Assembly (NCBI GenBank): GCA_028718565.1
Contig: JAQULO010000005.1
Coordinates: forward strand, 1-62,279
Direction of reading: 5' to 3'
Source: Syntrophales bacterium
GTDB taxonomy: Bacteria > Desulfobacterota > Syntrophia > Syntrophales > UBA2210
DNA: 62,279 bases
In this document: positions 1-10,345 of the stretch, piece by piece
Layout: the number at the start of each line of letters is the position of its first letter
How positions within the stretch are numbered: the stretch's first letter is position 1
Notes under the pieces: model-generated
Told to the model about the DNA's origin: nothing
Databases searched by the model: none
The model's input: only the letters and a program-made list of their open reading frames with translations
Made by a program: the position numbers and the translations under genes

Positions 1-1
1 A

Positions 2-631
2 AGGGGAAGAACCATCGCCGTTTTGGGGTCCGGCATCGATGTTGTCTATCCACCCGAAAACAGGAATTTGTTCGAAAAGATAGCGGAAAGCGGCGCCGTG
101 ATCACCGAATTTCCCTTCTCCACCCAGCCCCTGGCCGCCAATTTTCCTGCCAGAAACAGGATCATAAGCGGTCTCTCACTGGGGGTTGTTGTGGTTGAGG
201 CCGGTGAGAAGAGCGGTTCTCTGATCACCGCGCGGGTCGCGTTGGAGCAGGGAAGAGAGGTTTTTGCCGTACCGGGAAGTATCGACTCCCCGGGAACGAA
301 GGGAACCCACAAGCTCATACGGGAAGGAGCAAAGCTGGTTGAAAATACACGGGACATACTCGAGGAAATCCTGCCCCAGGTAGATATTAAATCGGCACCT
401 GTCGGACCGGAGGACAAAGTCCCCGTGGAGAGCTGCCCCGGGAAATCCGAAACCCTCAAGGCCGACGAACAGGCCATCCTGAAGATCCTGGGCAAAAAAC
501 CCGTCCATGTAGACACCCTGGTATCTGATACCGGCTATCAGATACAGGATATCCTGGGCATCCTCATGTCCCTTGAACTGAAGGGGTATGCCCGGCAGCT
601 TCCCGGTAAAAAATTTGTTATGAAGGAGTAA
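2..631 (+). CDS. dprA: DNA processing protein DprA/Smf, C-terminal part (5' end lies outside the window)
   Basis: The reading frame is open from the window edge (RGRTIAVLGSGIDVVYPPEN...). It shows the typical DprA Rossmann-fold motifs ARNRIISGLS and GSLITA plus a C-terminal winged-helix-like tail. Confidence 0.85.
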   Translation, partial: RGRTIAVLGSGIDVVYPPENRNLFEKIAESGAVITEFPFSTQPLAANFPARNRIISGLSLGVVVVEAGEKSGSLITARVALEQGREVFAVPGSIDSPGTKGTHKLIREGAKLVENTRDILEEILPQVDIKSAPVGPEDKVPVESCPGKSETLKADEQAILKILGKKPVHVDTLVSDTGYQIQDILGILMSLELKGYARQLPGKKFVMKE

Positions 632-633
632 CC

Positions 634-2886
634 ATGTCCAGCGCTCTTATTATTGTTGAATCCCCAACCAAGGTTAAGACCATACAGAAATACCTTGGCC
701 CGGAATTTGAGGTGAAGGCCTCTGTGGGACACGTCAAAGACCTTCCCAAAAGCAAGTTGGGGATCGACATTGAGAATAACTTTGAACCCATATATGAGGT
801 CATCAGCGAAAAGAAGAAGGTCATCTCTGAACTTAAAAAAGCCGCGAAGAAGGCGGACACCATCTTTCTGGCACCCGACCCCGACCGTGAGGGGGAAGCC
901 ATCGCGTGGCACGTGGCGAGCGAGATAGGTGGAAACAAGAATTTCTACCGGGTGCTCTTCAACGATCTGACCAAGAGGACCGTCCTCGCCGCCATTCAAA
1001 ACCCCCTGGAGTTGAACGTCAACAAATACGAGGCCCAGCAGACCCGGCGGATCCTCGACCGGCTGGTGGGATACCAGATCAGCCCGATTCTCTGGAAGAA
1101 GGTGCAACGGGGGCTGAGCGCGGGCCGGGTCCAGTCGGTCGCCGTCAGGATCATATGCGACCGGGAGACCGATATCCTTGCCTTTGTATCGGAGGAATAC
1201 TGGAACATCACCGCCCTGCTGGAGGGGAGCAATCCCCCTTCTTTTGAGGCGCGACTGACAAGGATAGGCTCGAAAAAGCTTAACCTGGTCAATGAATCGC
1301 AGACACGAGAGATCCTCGATGAGATTAAGGGCGTCCCCTTCGTCGTGAAAAAAGTGGAGAAAAAGGAGGTAAAGCGTTCTCCCGCCCCTCCATTCACCAC
1401 CAGCAAGCTCCAGCAGGAAGCGTCACGGAAGCTGCGTTTCTCGGCAAAGAAGACAATGAGCGTGGCCCAGCGGCTCTACGAGGGAATATCACTGGGGGAA
1501 GAAGGCCCTGTCGGTCTCATCACCTACATGAGGACCGATTCAGTCCGGATAGCGGCAGAAGCCTTGGAAGACGCGCGGACGTACATAGGAGCAACATACG
1601 GGAAAGAATTTCTCCCGGAGAAAGCCCGTGTCTTCAAGTCCTCAAAGTCTTCCCAGGATGCGCACGAAGCGATACGTCCGACCGCGACGGCATTCCCCCC
1701 TCAGAAGATCAAACCGTATCTCAAAAGTGATGAATTTCGCCTGTATCAGTTGATATGGAACAGATTTATAGCCAGCCAGATGAATCCCGCCGTCTTCGAT
1801 CAAGCCGGCTTCGACATACAGGCGGGCCGCTGTCTTTTTCACGCGCAGGGCTCCATCATGAAATTTCCAGGTTTCAGTATCGTCTATACGGAATCCACCG
1901 ATAAAGAGGACGACGGCACCGATGACCCGACAGGGAAAACTCTCCCAGATGTCTCCAAAGGGGATGAACTGAAGCTGATCTCACTGGAGCCGCAGCAGAG
2001 CTTTACACAGCCGCCGCCACGCTTCTCAGAAGCAACACTCGTCAAGGAACTGGAAGAAAAGGGTATCGGCAGGCCCAGTACCTACGCTGCCATCATAAGT
2101 ACTATACAGAACAGGAAATACGTCAAGCTCGAAAAGGGCCGGTTTTACACCACCGAACTGGGGGCCATCGTAAACGAGTTGCTCGTCCAAAACTTTCCCA
2201 ACATCATGGATGTTAAGTTCACAGCCTCAATGGAAGACCGGCTGGACATGATTGAGGATGGAACGCTCACACGACACAAGACACTGGAGGATTTTTATAC
2301 CCCCTTCAGATCGGAACTGGAAAAGGCCGCTGAAGAGATGAGGGACATCAAGCGGGAGGAGACCCCCACCGATCTTACCTGCGACAAGTGCAAAAGCCCC
2401 ATGGTGATAAAATGGGGGAAAAATGGAAAATTCCTGGCTTGTTCCAACTACCCGGATTGCAAAAACACCGGGAACATCGAGCAGGATGAAAATGGGGCGA
2501 TCAGCAAGGCGAAGCCACAGTCGACCGATATCCGCTGTGACGCGTGCGGGAAGAACATGGTTGTAAAGGAAGGCCGCTTCGGAAGGTTCCTGGGATGCTC
2601 GGGATATCCGGAGTGTAAGCACACCAAACCGCTCGATACGGGGGTAAAATGCCCGCAGTGCGGCGGCAATCTCTGCGAGAGACGATCAAAGAGGGGTAAG
2701 ACCTTCTTCGGATGTTCAACCTATCCGACCTGCACCTACGCCCTGTGGGACAGACCCATAGCGAAACAATGTCCCCTATGCGGAAATCCCTTCCTGGTCG
2801 AAAAATACTACCGCGGGAAGGAAATGGCAATAAGATGTCCCAATAAGGAATGCGGTTACACGGAACAGGAACAGGATCAGGAGTGA
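634..2886 (+). CDS. topA: DNA topoisomerase I
   Basis: 750 aa. TOPRIM N-terminus ([23 protein letters not shown]), active-site region LITYMRTDS, and four C-terminal Cys4 zinc-ribbon repeats. Confidence 0.95.
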   Translation: MSSALIIVESPTKVKTIQKYLGPEFEVKASVGHVKDLPKSKLGIDIENNFEPIYEVISEKKKVISELKKAAKKADTIFLAPDPDREGEAIAWHVASEIGGNKNFYRVLFNDLTKRTVLAAIQNPLELNVNKYEAQQTRRILDRLVGYQISPILWKKVQRGLSAGRVQSVAVRIICDRETDILAFVSEEYWNITALLEGSNPPSFEARLTRIGSKKLNLVNESQTREILDEIKGVPFVVKKVEKKEVKRSPAPPFTTSKLQQEASRKLRFSAKKTMSVAQRLYEGISLGEEGPVGLITYMRTDSVRIAAEALEDARTYIGATYGKEFLPEKARVFKSSKSSQDAHEAIRPTATAFPPQKIKPYLKSDEFRLYQLIWNRFIASQMNPAVFDQAGFDIQAGRCLFHAQGSIMKFPGFSIVYTESTDKEDDGTDDPTGKTLPDVSKGDELKLISLEPQQSFTQPPPRFSEATLVKELEEKGIGRPSTYAAIISTIQNRKYVKLEKGRFYTTELGAIVNELLVQNFPNIMDVKFTASMEDRLDMIEDGTLTRHKTLEDFYTPFRSELEKAAEEMRDIKREETPTDLTCDKCKSPMVIKWGKNGKFLACSNYPDCKNTGNIEQDENGAISKAKPQSTDIRCDACGKNMVVKEGRFGRFLGCSGYPECKHTKPLDTGVKCPQCGGNLCERRSKRGKTFFGCSTYPTCTYALWDRPIAKQCPLCGNPFLVEKYYRGKEMAIRCPNKECGYTEQEQDQE

Positions 2887-4217
2887 ACCAGCCTCATAAA
2901 ACCACAAAACTGAAACCCGTTGTAATTATTGGTGGCGGTCTTGCCGGATGTGAGGCCGCGTGGCAGATATCAAAAAGGGGTATTGACGTCCTCCTCTGCG
3001 AGATGAAACCTTCCCGCTTTTCCCCGGCCCACACCTCCCCCCTCCTCGCGGAGCTTGTATGCAGCAATTCTTTTCGCTCCGACGCGACAGGAAACGCCGT
3101 CGGCCTCCTCAAGGAGGAGATGCGGATGATGGGATCGCTTATCATGGAGGCTGCCGCCGCCACAGCCGTTCCGGCGGGAAAGGCCTTGGCCGTGGACAGA
3201 ACCCTTTTTTCGCGCCACATTGAAAACCGGCTCGCCGCCGCCGGGATCAGGATATCACGGGAAGAGATCACCAGAATACCTGAAGATTCTCTCGTCATTA
3301 TTGCTACCGGCCCGCTCACATCCGAATCCATGGCACGGGAGGTATCCTCTCTTACCGGAGACGAATATCTCTATTTCTATGACGCCATTTCACCCATCGT
3401 TGAGGCGCAGTCCATCGACTGCGCCAAAGCCTTCAGGGCGTCAAGATACGAGAGCCAAGGTGAGGGGGATTACCTGAACTGTCCCCTGACGCGAGAGGAA
3501 TACGAACGGTTCTGGACCCAACTCGCGGGGGGGGAGGAGGTGCCACTCAGGGACTTTGAAGACAGGCACTGTTTCGAGGGGTGCCTCCCCATCGAAGTTC
3601 TGGCAAGGAGAGGGGCAAAAACCTTGCTCTTCGGTCCGATGAAACCGGTTGGCCTCATCGACCCGAAAACGGGAAAGCGGCCCTACGGCGTGGTCCAGCT
3701 CAGACAGGAAAACAACGCAGGGACCCTCTATAACCTGGTGGGCTTCCAGACAAAGCTGAAATGGCCCGAGCAGAAACGGATACTCAAGATGATTCCCGGA
3801 CTGGAGAAGGCCGACTTTGCGCGCTACGGCAGCATACACCGTAATACCTTCATAAATTCCCCCACCCTGCTCAGAAAAACACTACAACTGCGCTCCAACA
3901 ACGACATCTTCTTCGCGGGGCAGATTACGGGGGTCGAGGGGTATGTGGAATCGGCGGCGATGGGTCTGATGGCGGGGATAAACACATGTCGGCACATCGC
4001 GGGGGAGGATATGACGCCCCCCCCTGAAACAACCGCCCTGGGGGCACTTCTCCACCATATCACAAACGCCGATTATAGGACCTTCCAGCCAATGAACGTG
4101 AACTTCGGTCTCTTTGCCCCTCTTGAAGGCCGGGTACCGAAGAAGGAAAGGGGGGGGCTGTATGCCGAACGCTCCCTCGCCGCGTTGAAGAAATGGAAAG
4201 AGCTATACGTTCCTTGA
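2883..4217 (+). CDS. trmFO: Methylenetetrahydrofolate--tRNA-(uracil-5-)-methyltransferase TrmFO
   Basis: FAD-binding motif [15 protein letters not shown] and GidA-like body. The longest ORF starts at 2850, but GTG 2883 overlaps the topA stop (GTGA) and gives a normal N-terminus. Confidence 0.88.
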   Translation: MNQPHKTTKLKPVVIIGGGLAGCEAAWQISKRGIDVLLCEMKPSRFSPAHTSPLLAELVCSNSFRSDATGNAVGLLKEEMRMMGSLIMEAAAATAVPAGKALAVDRTLFSRHIENRLAAAGIRISREEITRIPEDSLVIIATGPLTSESMAREVSSLTGDEYLYFYDAISPIVEAQSIDCAKAFRASRYESQGEGDYLNCPLTREEYERFWTQLAGGEEVPLRDFEDRHCFEGCLPIEVLARRGAKTLLFGPMKPVGLIDPKTGKRPYGVVQLRQENNAGTLYNLVGFQTKLKWPEQKRILKMIPGLEKADFARYGSIHRNTFINSPTLLRKTLQLRSNNDIFFAGQITGVEGYVESAAMGLMAGINTCRHIAGEDMTPPPETTALGALLHHITNADYRTFQPMNVNFGLFAPLEGRVPKKERGGLYAERSLAALKKWKELYVP

Positions 4218-4967
4218 GTGGATTATCCGGAGTCCTTCCAGTGTCAGCATCTCATCGACGTAATCAATGGTACTGGTTTCATCGGCTATGACATTTGCCA
4301 GTCCGCCGGTCGCAATGACGGTGGACTCCGTCTGTGCCTCCTCCTTAATACGGTTCACGAGCCCGTCCACAAGGCCGGCGTATCCGAAGACGATCCCCGC
4401 CTGCATACTGCTTATCGTGTCCTTGGCAATCACGTGACGGGGTCTGCACAGCTCAACCGGCGGCAGCTTGGACGCCCTTTTAAAGAGCGCCTCGCTTGAT
4501 ATAATGACTCCCGGAGCTATGCATCCGCCCATGTACTCACCTTTCCGGGTGACATAATCAAAGGTAGTCGCCGTACCGAAATCGACGATAATGAGATCTC
4601 CCTCGTACTTCTCATGAGCGGCGACGGCGTTGACAACCCTGTCGGCCCCTACTTCTTTCGGATTGTCATAATATATCGGCATGCCCGTCTTGATCCCCGG
4701 CCCCACGATAAGGGGAGTGAGGTGAAAATATTTTCTGCAGAGGGGTTCCAGTATGTTCAGCATGGAAGGGACAACGCACGATATGATGATACTAGTGATG
4801 GATTGCGAACCGATCTTGTCGGTCTTATAGAGGTTCAGTATCAGCATCCCATATTCGTCGATGGTGTGATCCACCACCGTACGAATCCTCCAGTGGTTCA
4901 TGAGCTTCTCCCCTTCATAAATACCGATAACAGTGTTTGTGTTTCCTACATCGATAACTAGGAGCAT
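4203..4967 (-). CDS. coaX: Type III pantothenate kinase
   Basis: 254 aa. N-terminus [12 protein letters not shown] and overall ASKHA-fold pattern typical of CoaX. Confidence 0.9.
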   Translation of the reverse strand: MLLVIDVGNTNTVIGIYEGEKLMNHWRIRTVVDHTIDEYGMLILNLYKTDKIGSQSITSIIISCVVPSMLNILEPLCRKYFHLTPLIVGPGIKTGMPIYYDNPKEVGADRVVNAVAAHEKYEGDLIIVDFGTATTFDYVTRKGEYMGGCIAPGVIISSEALFKRASKLPPVELCRPRHVIAKDTISSMQAGIVFGYAGLVDGLVNRIKEEAQTESTVIATGGLANVIADETSTIDYVDEMLTLEGLRIIHSRNV

Positions 4968-4973
4968 AGCATA

Positions 4974-5807
4974 TCACCTGTCTTTCTGTATAGTTATATC
5001 CCCGGACCATATGGAAAGCGTCCTATTCTCTTTATCGAGGAGCAGGAGGACGCCTTCGTCATCTATTCCCTGACATATCCCCCTTTGCAGGGTACCTCTG
5101 TCGGCGACCTCAATAGTCTTTCCCACCATACCCGAACATTCCAGCCACCGGTCCCTGACAGGGACAAAACCCCTATCAATGAAGATCCGATACCATTTCT
5201 CCAGCAAGCGGTACAGACCGGTCGTCAGTTCGAGACGCGAGGCGTTTTTTGATGTCTGTTCTTTTAAGGATGTTGATAGTAGGCGAAGCTCCTCCTGAAA
5301 ATCATCAGGCTCCATATTGACATTAATACCGATCCCCACAACAACAAAATCAATTTTAGATCCCTTGCTTTTCATCTCCGTCAGGATGCCGGATATCTTC
5401 CTCCCCCCCGCCAGGACGTCATTGGGCCACTTGAGTGAGACGGGACAATAGCCACCCAGAAGTTCCGCAATCGCCACCCCGGCGACGAGGGTCAGCCCGG
5501 GGGCAAAAGCAGGCGAGATGTCGGGTCGCAATATGATTGAGGTGTACAGGTTCTTGCCGGGGGGTGAATACCACTTCCTCTCCCTAAGCCTCCCCCTCCC
5601 GGCTGTCTGGCAATCGGCCAGCACCACCTCGCCTTCAGGGGCGCCATCACCGGCAAGTACAGACGCGTAAATATTTGTCGAATCAATAGTATCGAAAAAA
5701 TGAACCCTGTGCCCTATTGAGCCTCGGGGGATAAGCCCTTCCAGATCATCTCCATTGAAATCTCGGTTCACGGTATCGTGTCTCTGAAACAATTCGCCCA
5801 AAATCAT
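4974..5807 (-). CDS. birA: Biotin--[acetyl-CoA-carboxylase] ligase (class I, no N-terminal HTH)
   Basis: 277 aa. Contains the GRGRLRERKW biotin-ligase signature (GRGRxGRxW). Sits directly upstream of coaX, as in many genomes. Confidence 0.85.
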   Translation of the reverse strand: MILGELFQRHDTVNRDFNGDDLEGLIPRGSIGHRVHFFDTIDSTNIYASVLAGDGAPEGEVVLADCQTAGRGRLRERKWYSPPGKNLYTSIILRPDISPAFAPGLTLVAGVAIAELLGGYCPVSLKWPNDVLAGGRKISGILTEMKSKGSKIDFVVVGIGINVNMEPDDFQEELRLLSTSLKEQTSKNASRLELTTGLYRLLEKWYRIFIDRGFVPVRDRWLECSGMVGKTIEVADRGTLQRGICQGIDDEGVLLLLDKENRTLSIWSGDITIQKDR

Positions 5808-6661
5808 CTCCCCGCCTCTTTGAACACCAGCGATATATCGGCGGCGGGGGCGGAGTGGGTGAGCGCCCCGACGGATATAAAATCCACCCCCGTCTGTGCA
5901 ATCGCCCTCACATTCGACAGGGTGACATTTCCCGATGCCTCGACCAGCGCCTTTCCACCGATGAGAGAGACCGCCTCTTTCATCTCGCCCAGCCCCATAT
6001 TATCCAGCATGATGATATCGGCCGCTGCGGCAAGGGCCTGTGCGACCTCCTGTAGATTTTTTGTCTCCACCTCGATCTTTATTCCGGGAGGAATGCTTCC
6101 CGTCACCTTGTGTACCGCATTTGAGATAGACCCCGCAGCGCTGATGTGATTGTCCTTGATCATCACACCGTCATACAGACCGAAGCGGTGATTCGTTCCC
6201 CCCCCTGCCTTGACCGCGTATTTTTCAAGGCTCCTGAGGGTCGGCGTTGTCTTCCTCGTATCCAGTATCTTGACCGGGACGCCCTGTACCTCGTCGACAT
6301 ATCGACGCGTTATCGTGGCAATTCCACACATCCTCTGAAAAAAATTCAACGCCACGCGTTCCGCCATGAGGATGGTCTTCAAACTCCCCGAGATGCAGGC
6401 AAGAATGTCCCCCTTCCCCGCTGCCCGGCCGTCGGTAAAATACGCCTCAAAGGCCAGAGACGGATCCAGGACGTAAAATACCTCCCTGAAGACATCGATC
6501 CCCGCAACGACGATATCACCCTTCGAGACCGCCTGCGCAACGCCGGTCTCCCTGCCGGTAAGCACGGCCGTCGTGGTAAGGTCGTCTGACCCCATGTCTT
6601 CATCAAGCGCCCTCTGAATCAGTTCCCTCAAACCGGCATCTAAACCCATGACAATCCTCAC
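5804..6661 (-). CDS. nadC: Nicotinate-nucleotide pyrophosphorylase (quinolinate phosphoribosyltransferase)
   Basis: 285 aa, QPRTase-like sequence (MIKDNHI, C-terminal barrel). 4-nt overlaps with both birA and valS. Confidence 0.9.
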   Translation of the reverse strand: MRIVMGLDAGLRELIQRALDEDMGSDDLTTTAVLTGRETGVAQAVSKGDIVVAGIDVFREVFYVLDPSLAFEAYFTDGRAAGKGDILACISGSLKTILMAERVALNFFQRMCGIATITRRYVDEVQGVPVKILDTRKTTPTLRSLEKYAVKAGGGTNHRFGLYDGVMIKDNHISAAGSISNAVHKVTGSIPPGIKIEVETKNLQEVAQALAAAADIIMLDNMGLGEMKEAVSLIGGKALVEASGNVTLSNVRAIAQTGVDFISVGALTHSAPAADISLVFKEAGR

Positions 6662-9312
6662 GCCATATCACGAAGCCTGTTCAGGGCGTCTTCGAGCACC
6701 CGCCTCTTCTCCTTCAGGGTGCTGAACTTTGTTTCTTCCTTTTCAACGATCTCCGGGGACGCCTTTTCCATAAAATCCCGGTTGCCCAGCTTTTTGGAAA
6801 CGATGCCAAGATCTTTTTCAAACTTCTTGATCTCCTTTTCAAGCCGTTCTTTTTCGGCCGCGACGTCCACGGCACCCTCCAGAAATACGTATACCTTGAC
6901 GGAATCGACAACCCCCGTCGCAGAACCCTTTGGCTCCGGGGCATCGATCTCTATTGCCAGATCCTCCAGATTCGCGATGTCCAGTACATAACCCTTGCCC
7001 GTTTCCATAACGGACAGAGCATCTGCATCGGGGACGGAGATGAGTACCCGCAGCTTTTTTGAAGGGGTGATATTCATGACGCCCCGTATATTTCTGACAC
7101 TGTTTATGATGCTCTTGATGAGCTCCATGCGGTTGCGTGCATCTATATCCTCAAGGGAGTCATCCGGTTCGGGGAATCTGCTCACCATGATGTATCCATC
7201 ATCCCCAGTCAGCTTCTGCCATATCTCCTCCGTTACAAAGGGCATAAAGGGATGAAGGAGCTGGAGGGACGTCTTCAATACGGTGAGCAAGGTATACTGA
7301 GCGGAAAGTTTCTCCTGCGGGGACCGTTTGCCATACAGGGCCGGCTTTATCAGCTCAAGATACCAGTCACAGAACTCATGCCAGACAAACTGATATATTC
7401 TGGCCGCAGCGTCATTAAAGCGGTACGCATCAAGATGGTTTATGACATCCTTCACCGTGCTGTTCAGACTGTCTCTGATCCACCGGTCGCACAGGGAGCA
7501 CTCTTCCTTTTCCGGTGCGTTCCCGCCGGAATAGTCTTCAAGGTTCATCAGTGAAAAGCGGGCCGTGTTCCATATCTTATTGACAAAATAGCCGTATCCT
7601 TTGATCCGTTCCTCGGACATCTTCACGTCTCTGCCCTGCGCAGTAAAGGCCGCGAGCGTAAAGCGGAGGGCATCCGAGCCATACTTGTCGATCATTTCTA
7701 GTGGATCTACGCTGTTGCCCTTTGATTTACTCATCTTCTCGCCCTTTTCATCACGGACAAGGGCATGAAGATAAACATCCGCAAAGGGGGCCTTACCCAT
7801 GACATACATCCCCATCATCATCATCCTGGCCACCCAGAAGAATATGATATCAAAACCGGTAATCAGGAGTGACGTGGGATAGAAGGTCTCAAGCGCCTCC
7901 GTCTTATCGGGCCACCCCATGGTCGAGAAGGGCCAGAGAGAGGAGCTGAACCAAGTATCCAGTACGTCTTCATCCTGCATGAGAGAGCCCCCACCACATC
8001 CAGGGCAGCGGTCCGGATCTTCTGTGGCTACGATCGTTTTTCCGCATTCGCCACAGTACCACACGGGTATACGGTGCCCCCACCATATCTGCCGGGAGAT
8101 GCACCAGTCCCGTATGTTGTCCATCCAGTCGAAATAGGTTGACTCCCACATGGGGGGAACTATCTTCGTGTTTCCCTTCACAACTGCGGCGATGGCGGTT
8201 CGTGCCAGGGGTTTTACCTTGACGAACCACTGTTTGGACACCGCGGGCTCCACGATGGTCTTGCAGCGGTAGCAACGCCCCACGTTATGTAAATAGGGCT
8301 CTGTCTTCACAAGATATCCACCTGCTTTGAGATCCTCTACAATATTTTTTCTGCAGGTGTAGCAGTCCTGTCCCTGATAGATTCCGCCGTTTTCATTGAT
8401 GATGGCATCGCCATCCATGATGGTGATCACCTCAAGATTGTGCCTCTGAGCCATGGCGAAGTCGTTAGGATCGGCCGACGGCGTTATCTTGACAGCGCCG
8501 GTCCCGAAATCCCTGGAGACGTAATCATCCGCTATGACCGGTATCCTTTTATTCACGATAGGGAGGATCACATCCTTCCCGATAACGTCCGCATACCGTT
8601 CATCATCTGGATTGACCGCGACGGCGGTATCGCCCAGCATGGTCTCCGGGCGGGTGGTGGCCACGATGATTTCGCCCTGTCCATCGGCATAGGGATACCG
8701 TATGTGCCAGAGGCTGGTCGCCTCCTCCTCGTATTCGACTTCGAGATCGGATATGGCCGTATGGCACCGGGGGCACCAGTTTACTATGTAATCATCCTGG
8801 TAGATGAGACCGTCGTTGTAGAGCCGGACAAAGACCTCTCTCACCGCCCGGGACAGGCCCTCATCCATGGTGAACCGCTCCCGTGACCAGTCACAGGAAC
8901 ATCCGAGTTTGTGGAGCTGGTTTATGATGACGCCGCCGTACTTCTTTCTCCACTCCCATACCCTCTCTATAAATTTTTCCCTGCCGATATCATGCCGTGT
9001 CATACCCTCACGTGCCAGTTCCTGTTCCACTACATTCTGAGTAGCTATCCCCGCATGATCGGTCCCAGGCATCCAGAGTGTATTGTAACCCTGCATCCTC
9101 CTGTAACGTGCGATGATATCCTGAAGGGTGTTGTTGAGTGCGTGCCCCATGTGGAGTATACCGGTAACATTCGGCGGGGGAATCACTATTGAAAAGGGCT
9201 TTTTGTCGCTGGTGTCTTCGGCATGAAACAGCCCTTCGTCCAGCCAGCGTTGGTACCACTTGTCTTCAACATCTTTAGAATCATATACTTTACTCAGTTC
9301 TTCTCTTCCCAT
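6658..9312 (-). CDS. valS: Valine--tRNA ligase
   Basis: 884 aa. HIGH-type motif (PPPNVTGILHMGHA), KMSKS motif present, C-terminal coiled-coil tail. Confidence 0.95.
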   Translation of the reverse strand: MGREELSKVYDSKDVEDKWYQRWLDEGLFHAEDTSDKKPFSIVIPPPNVTGILHMGHALNNTLQDIIARYRRMQGYNTLWMPGTDHAGIATQNVVEQELAREGMTRHDIGREKFIERVWEWRKKYGGVIINQLHKLGCSCDWSRERFTMDEGLSRAVREVFVRLYNDGLIYQDDYIVNWCPRCHTAISDLEVEYEEEATSLWHIRYPYADGQGEIIVATTRPETMLGDTAVAVNPDDERYADVIGKDVILPIVNKRIPVIADDYVSRDFGTGAVKITPSADPNDFAMAQRHNLEVITIMDGDAIINENGGIYQGQDCYTCRKNIVEDLKAGGYLVKTEPYLHNVGRCYRCKTIVEPAVSKQWFVKVKPLARTAIAAVVKGNTKIVPPMWESTYFDWMDNIRDWCISRQIWWGHRIPVWYCGECGKTIVATEDPDRCPGCGGGSLMQDEDVLDTWFSSSLWPFSTMGWPDKTEALETFYPTSLLITGFDIIFFWVARMMMMGMYVMGKAPFADVYLHALVRDEKGEKMSKSKGNSVDPLEMIDKYGSDALRFTLAAFTAQGRDVKMSEERIKGYGYFVNKIWNTARFSLMNLEDYSGGNAPEKEECSLCDRWIRDSLNSTVKDVINHLDAYRFNDAAARIYQFVWHEFCDWYLELIKPALYGKRSPQEKLSAQYTLLTVLKTSLQLLHPFMPFVTEEIWQKLTGDDGYIMVSRFPEPDDSLEDIDARNRMELIKSIINSVRNIRGVMNITPSKKLRVLISVPDADALSVMETGKGYVLDIANLEDLAIEIDAPEPKGSATGVVDSVKVYVFLEGAVDVAAEKERLEKEIKKFEKDLGIVSKKLGNRDFMEKASPEIVEKEETKFSTLKEKRRVLEDALNRLRDMA

Positions 9313-9355
9313 AACATGCCCTTCTTATCGTTTTAAGTTTCGGGATTAGGGTGTT

Positions 9356-10345
9356 TCAAGTCCCCCAAACCCGAGATCTGACCGTCCTGCTTATCATATT
9401 TTCGTCTTGGGGGGCAAACCATTTGATGGCCGGGTCTCTCTTGAACCACGTCAGCTGTCTTCTCGCATAGCGCCTCGTATCGCGTTGGATCAGCCTCACC
9501 ATTTCCTGTCGGCTATGGGTCCCCCGAACATAGGAAATTACATTCCGGTAGGTCATGGCCTGCAAGGGGAGGGACGACTCTTCATATCCCATCCCCAGAA
9601 GTTTTTCTCCTTCCTCTACAAGCCCATCCTCCATCATCCTTTCGACCCGCTTATTGATCCTGTCATACAGGAGACCCCTGTCAATTGTGAGGCCTATCTT
9701 TATGCAATCATAGCTGTTATTCCCGAACCGGTGTTCTCCCTGGATTGCGACAATCGACTGCCCGGTCTGTTCCATGACCTCAAGCGCCCTGATCGTCCTG
9801 ACCATATCATTCGGGTGTATCCCCACCGCGGCCGCCGGATCGACCCGTTTCAGTCGTTCATACAGGTATTCCTTTCCGTGTCGCACGGCTTCTTCTCTAT
9901 AGGAATCACGAAGCCTCGCGTCGGCGCCGGGGGCCTTCAGCAGTCCGCCGAGCAGGGCGTCCAGGTACAGCCCCGTCCCCCCCACAACAAACACCACCTT
10001 CTTTTTCCTTTGAAGTAACCGGATTGCCGCATCGGCCTGCTCGGCAAACATCGCGGCGTTGAATTCTTCGTCGGGCTCGACGACATCGATCAGGTGATGG
10101 GGCACGCGCGCCTGCTCTTCGGAAGATGGTTTGGCGGTCCCGATATCCAGATGCCGGTAGACCTGCATTGAATCGGCGCTTATAATCTCTCCGTCGAACC
10201 TCTCGGCAAGCCTGATCGCCAGGTCGGTCTTCCCCACCCCGGTGGGACCGGTGATAACGATAAGGCGCGGTTGCGGGGGCGAAGCAGAGCTTCCGACGTC
10301 TTTCCCTCCGAGGTGAGCTGCTACTGGGCCAAGACTATCCGTCAT
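9356..10345 (-). CDS. miaA: tRNA dimethylallyltransferase
   Basis: P-loop ITGPTGVGKTDLA and MiaA-like body. ATG 10345 overlaps the mutL stop (ATGA). The longest ORF (to 10450) runs inside mutL and is unlikely to be used. Confidence 0.9.
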   Translation of the reverse strand: MTDSLGPVAAHLGGKDVGSSASPPQPRLIVITGPTGVGKTDLAIRLAERFDGEIISADSMQVYRHLDIGTAKPSSEEQARVPHHLIDVVEPDEEFNAAMFAEQADAAIRLLQRKKKVVFVVGGTGLYLDALLGGLLKAPGADARLRDSYREEAVRHGKEYLYERLKRVDPAAAVGIHPNDMVRTIRALEVMEQTGQSIVAIQGEHRFGNNSYDCIKIGLTIDRGLLYDRINKRVERMMEDGLVEEGEKLLGMGYEESSLPLQAMTYRNVISYVRGTHSRQEMVRLIQRDTRRYARRQLTWFKRDPAIKWFAPQDENMISRTVRSRVWGT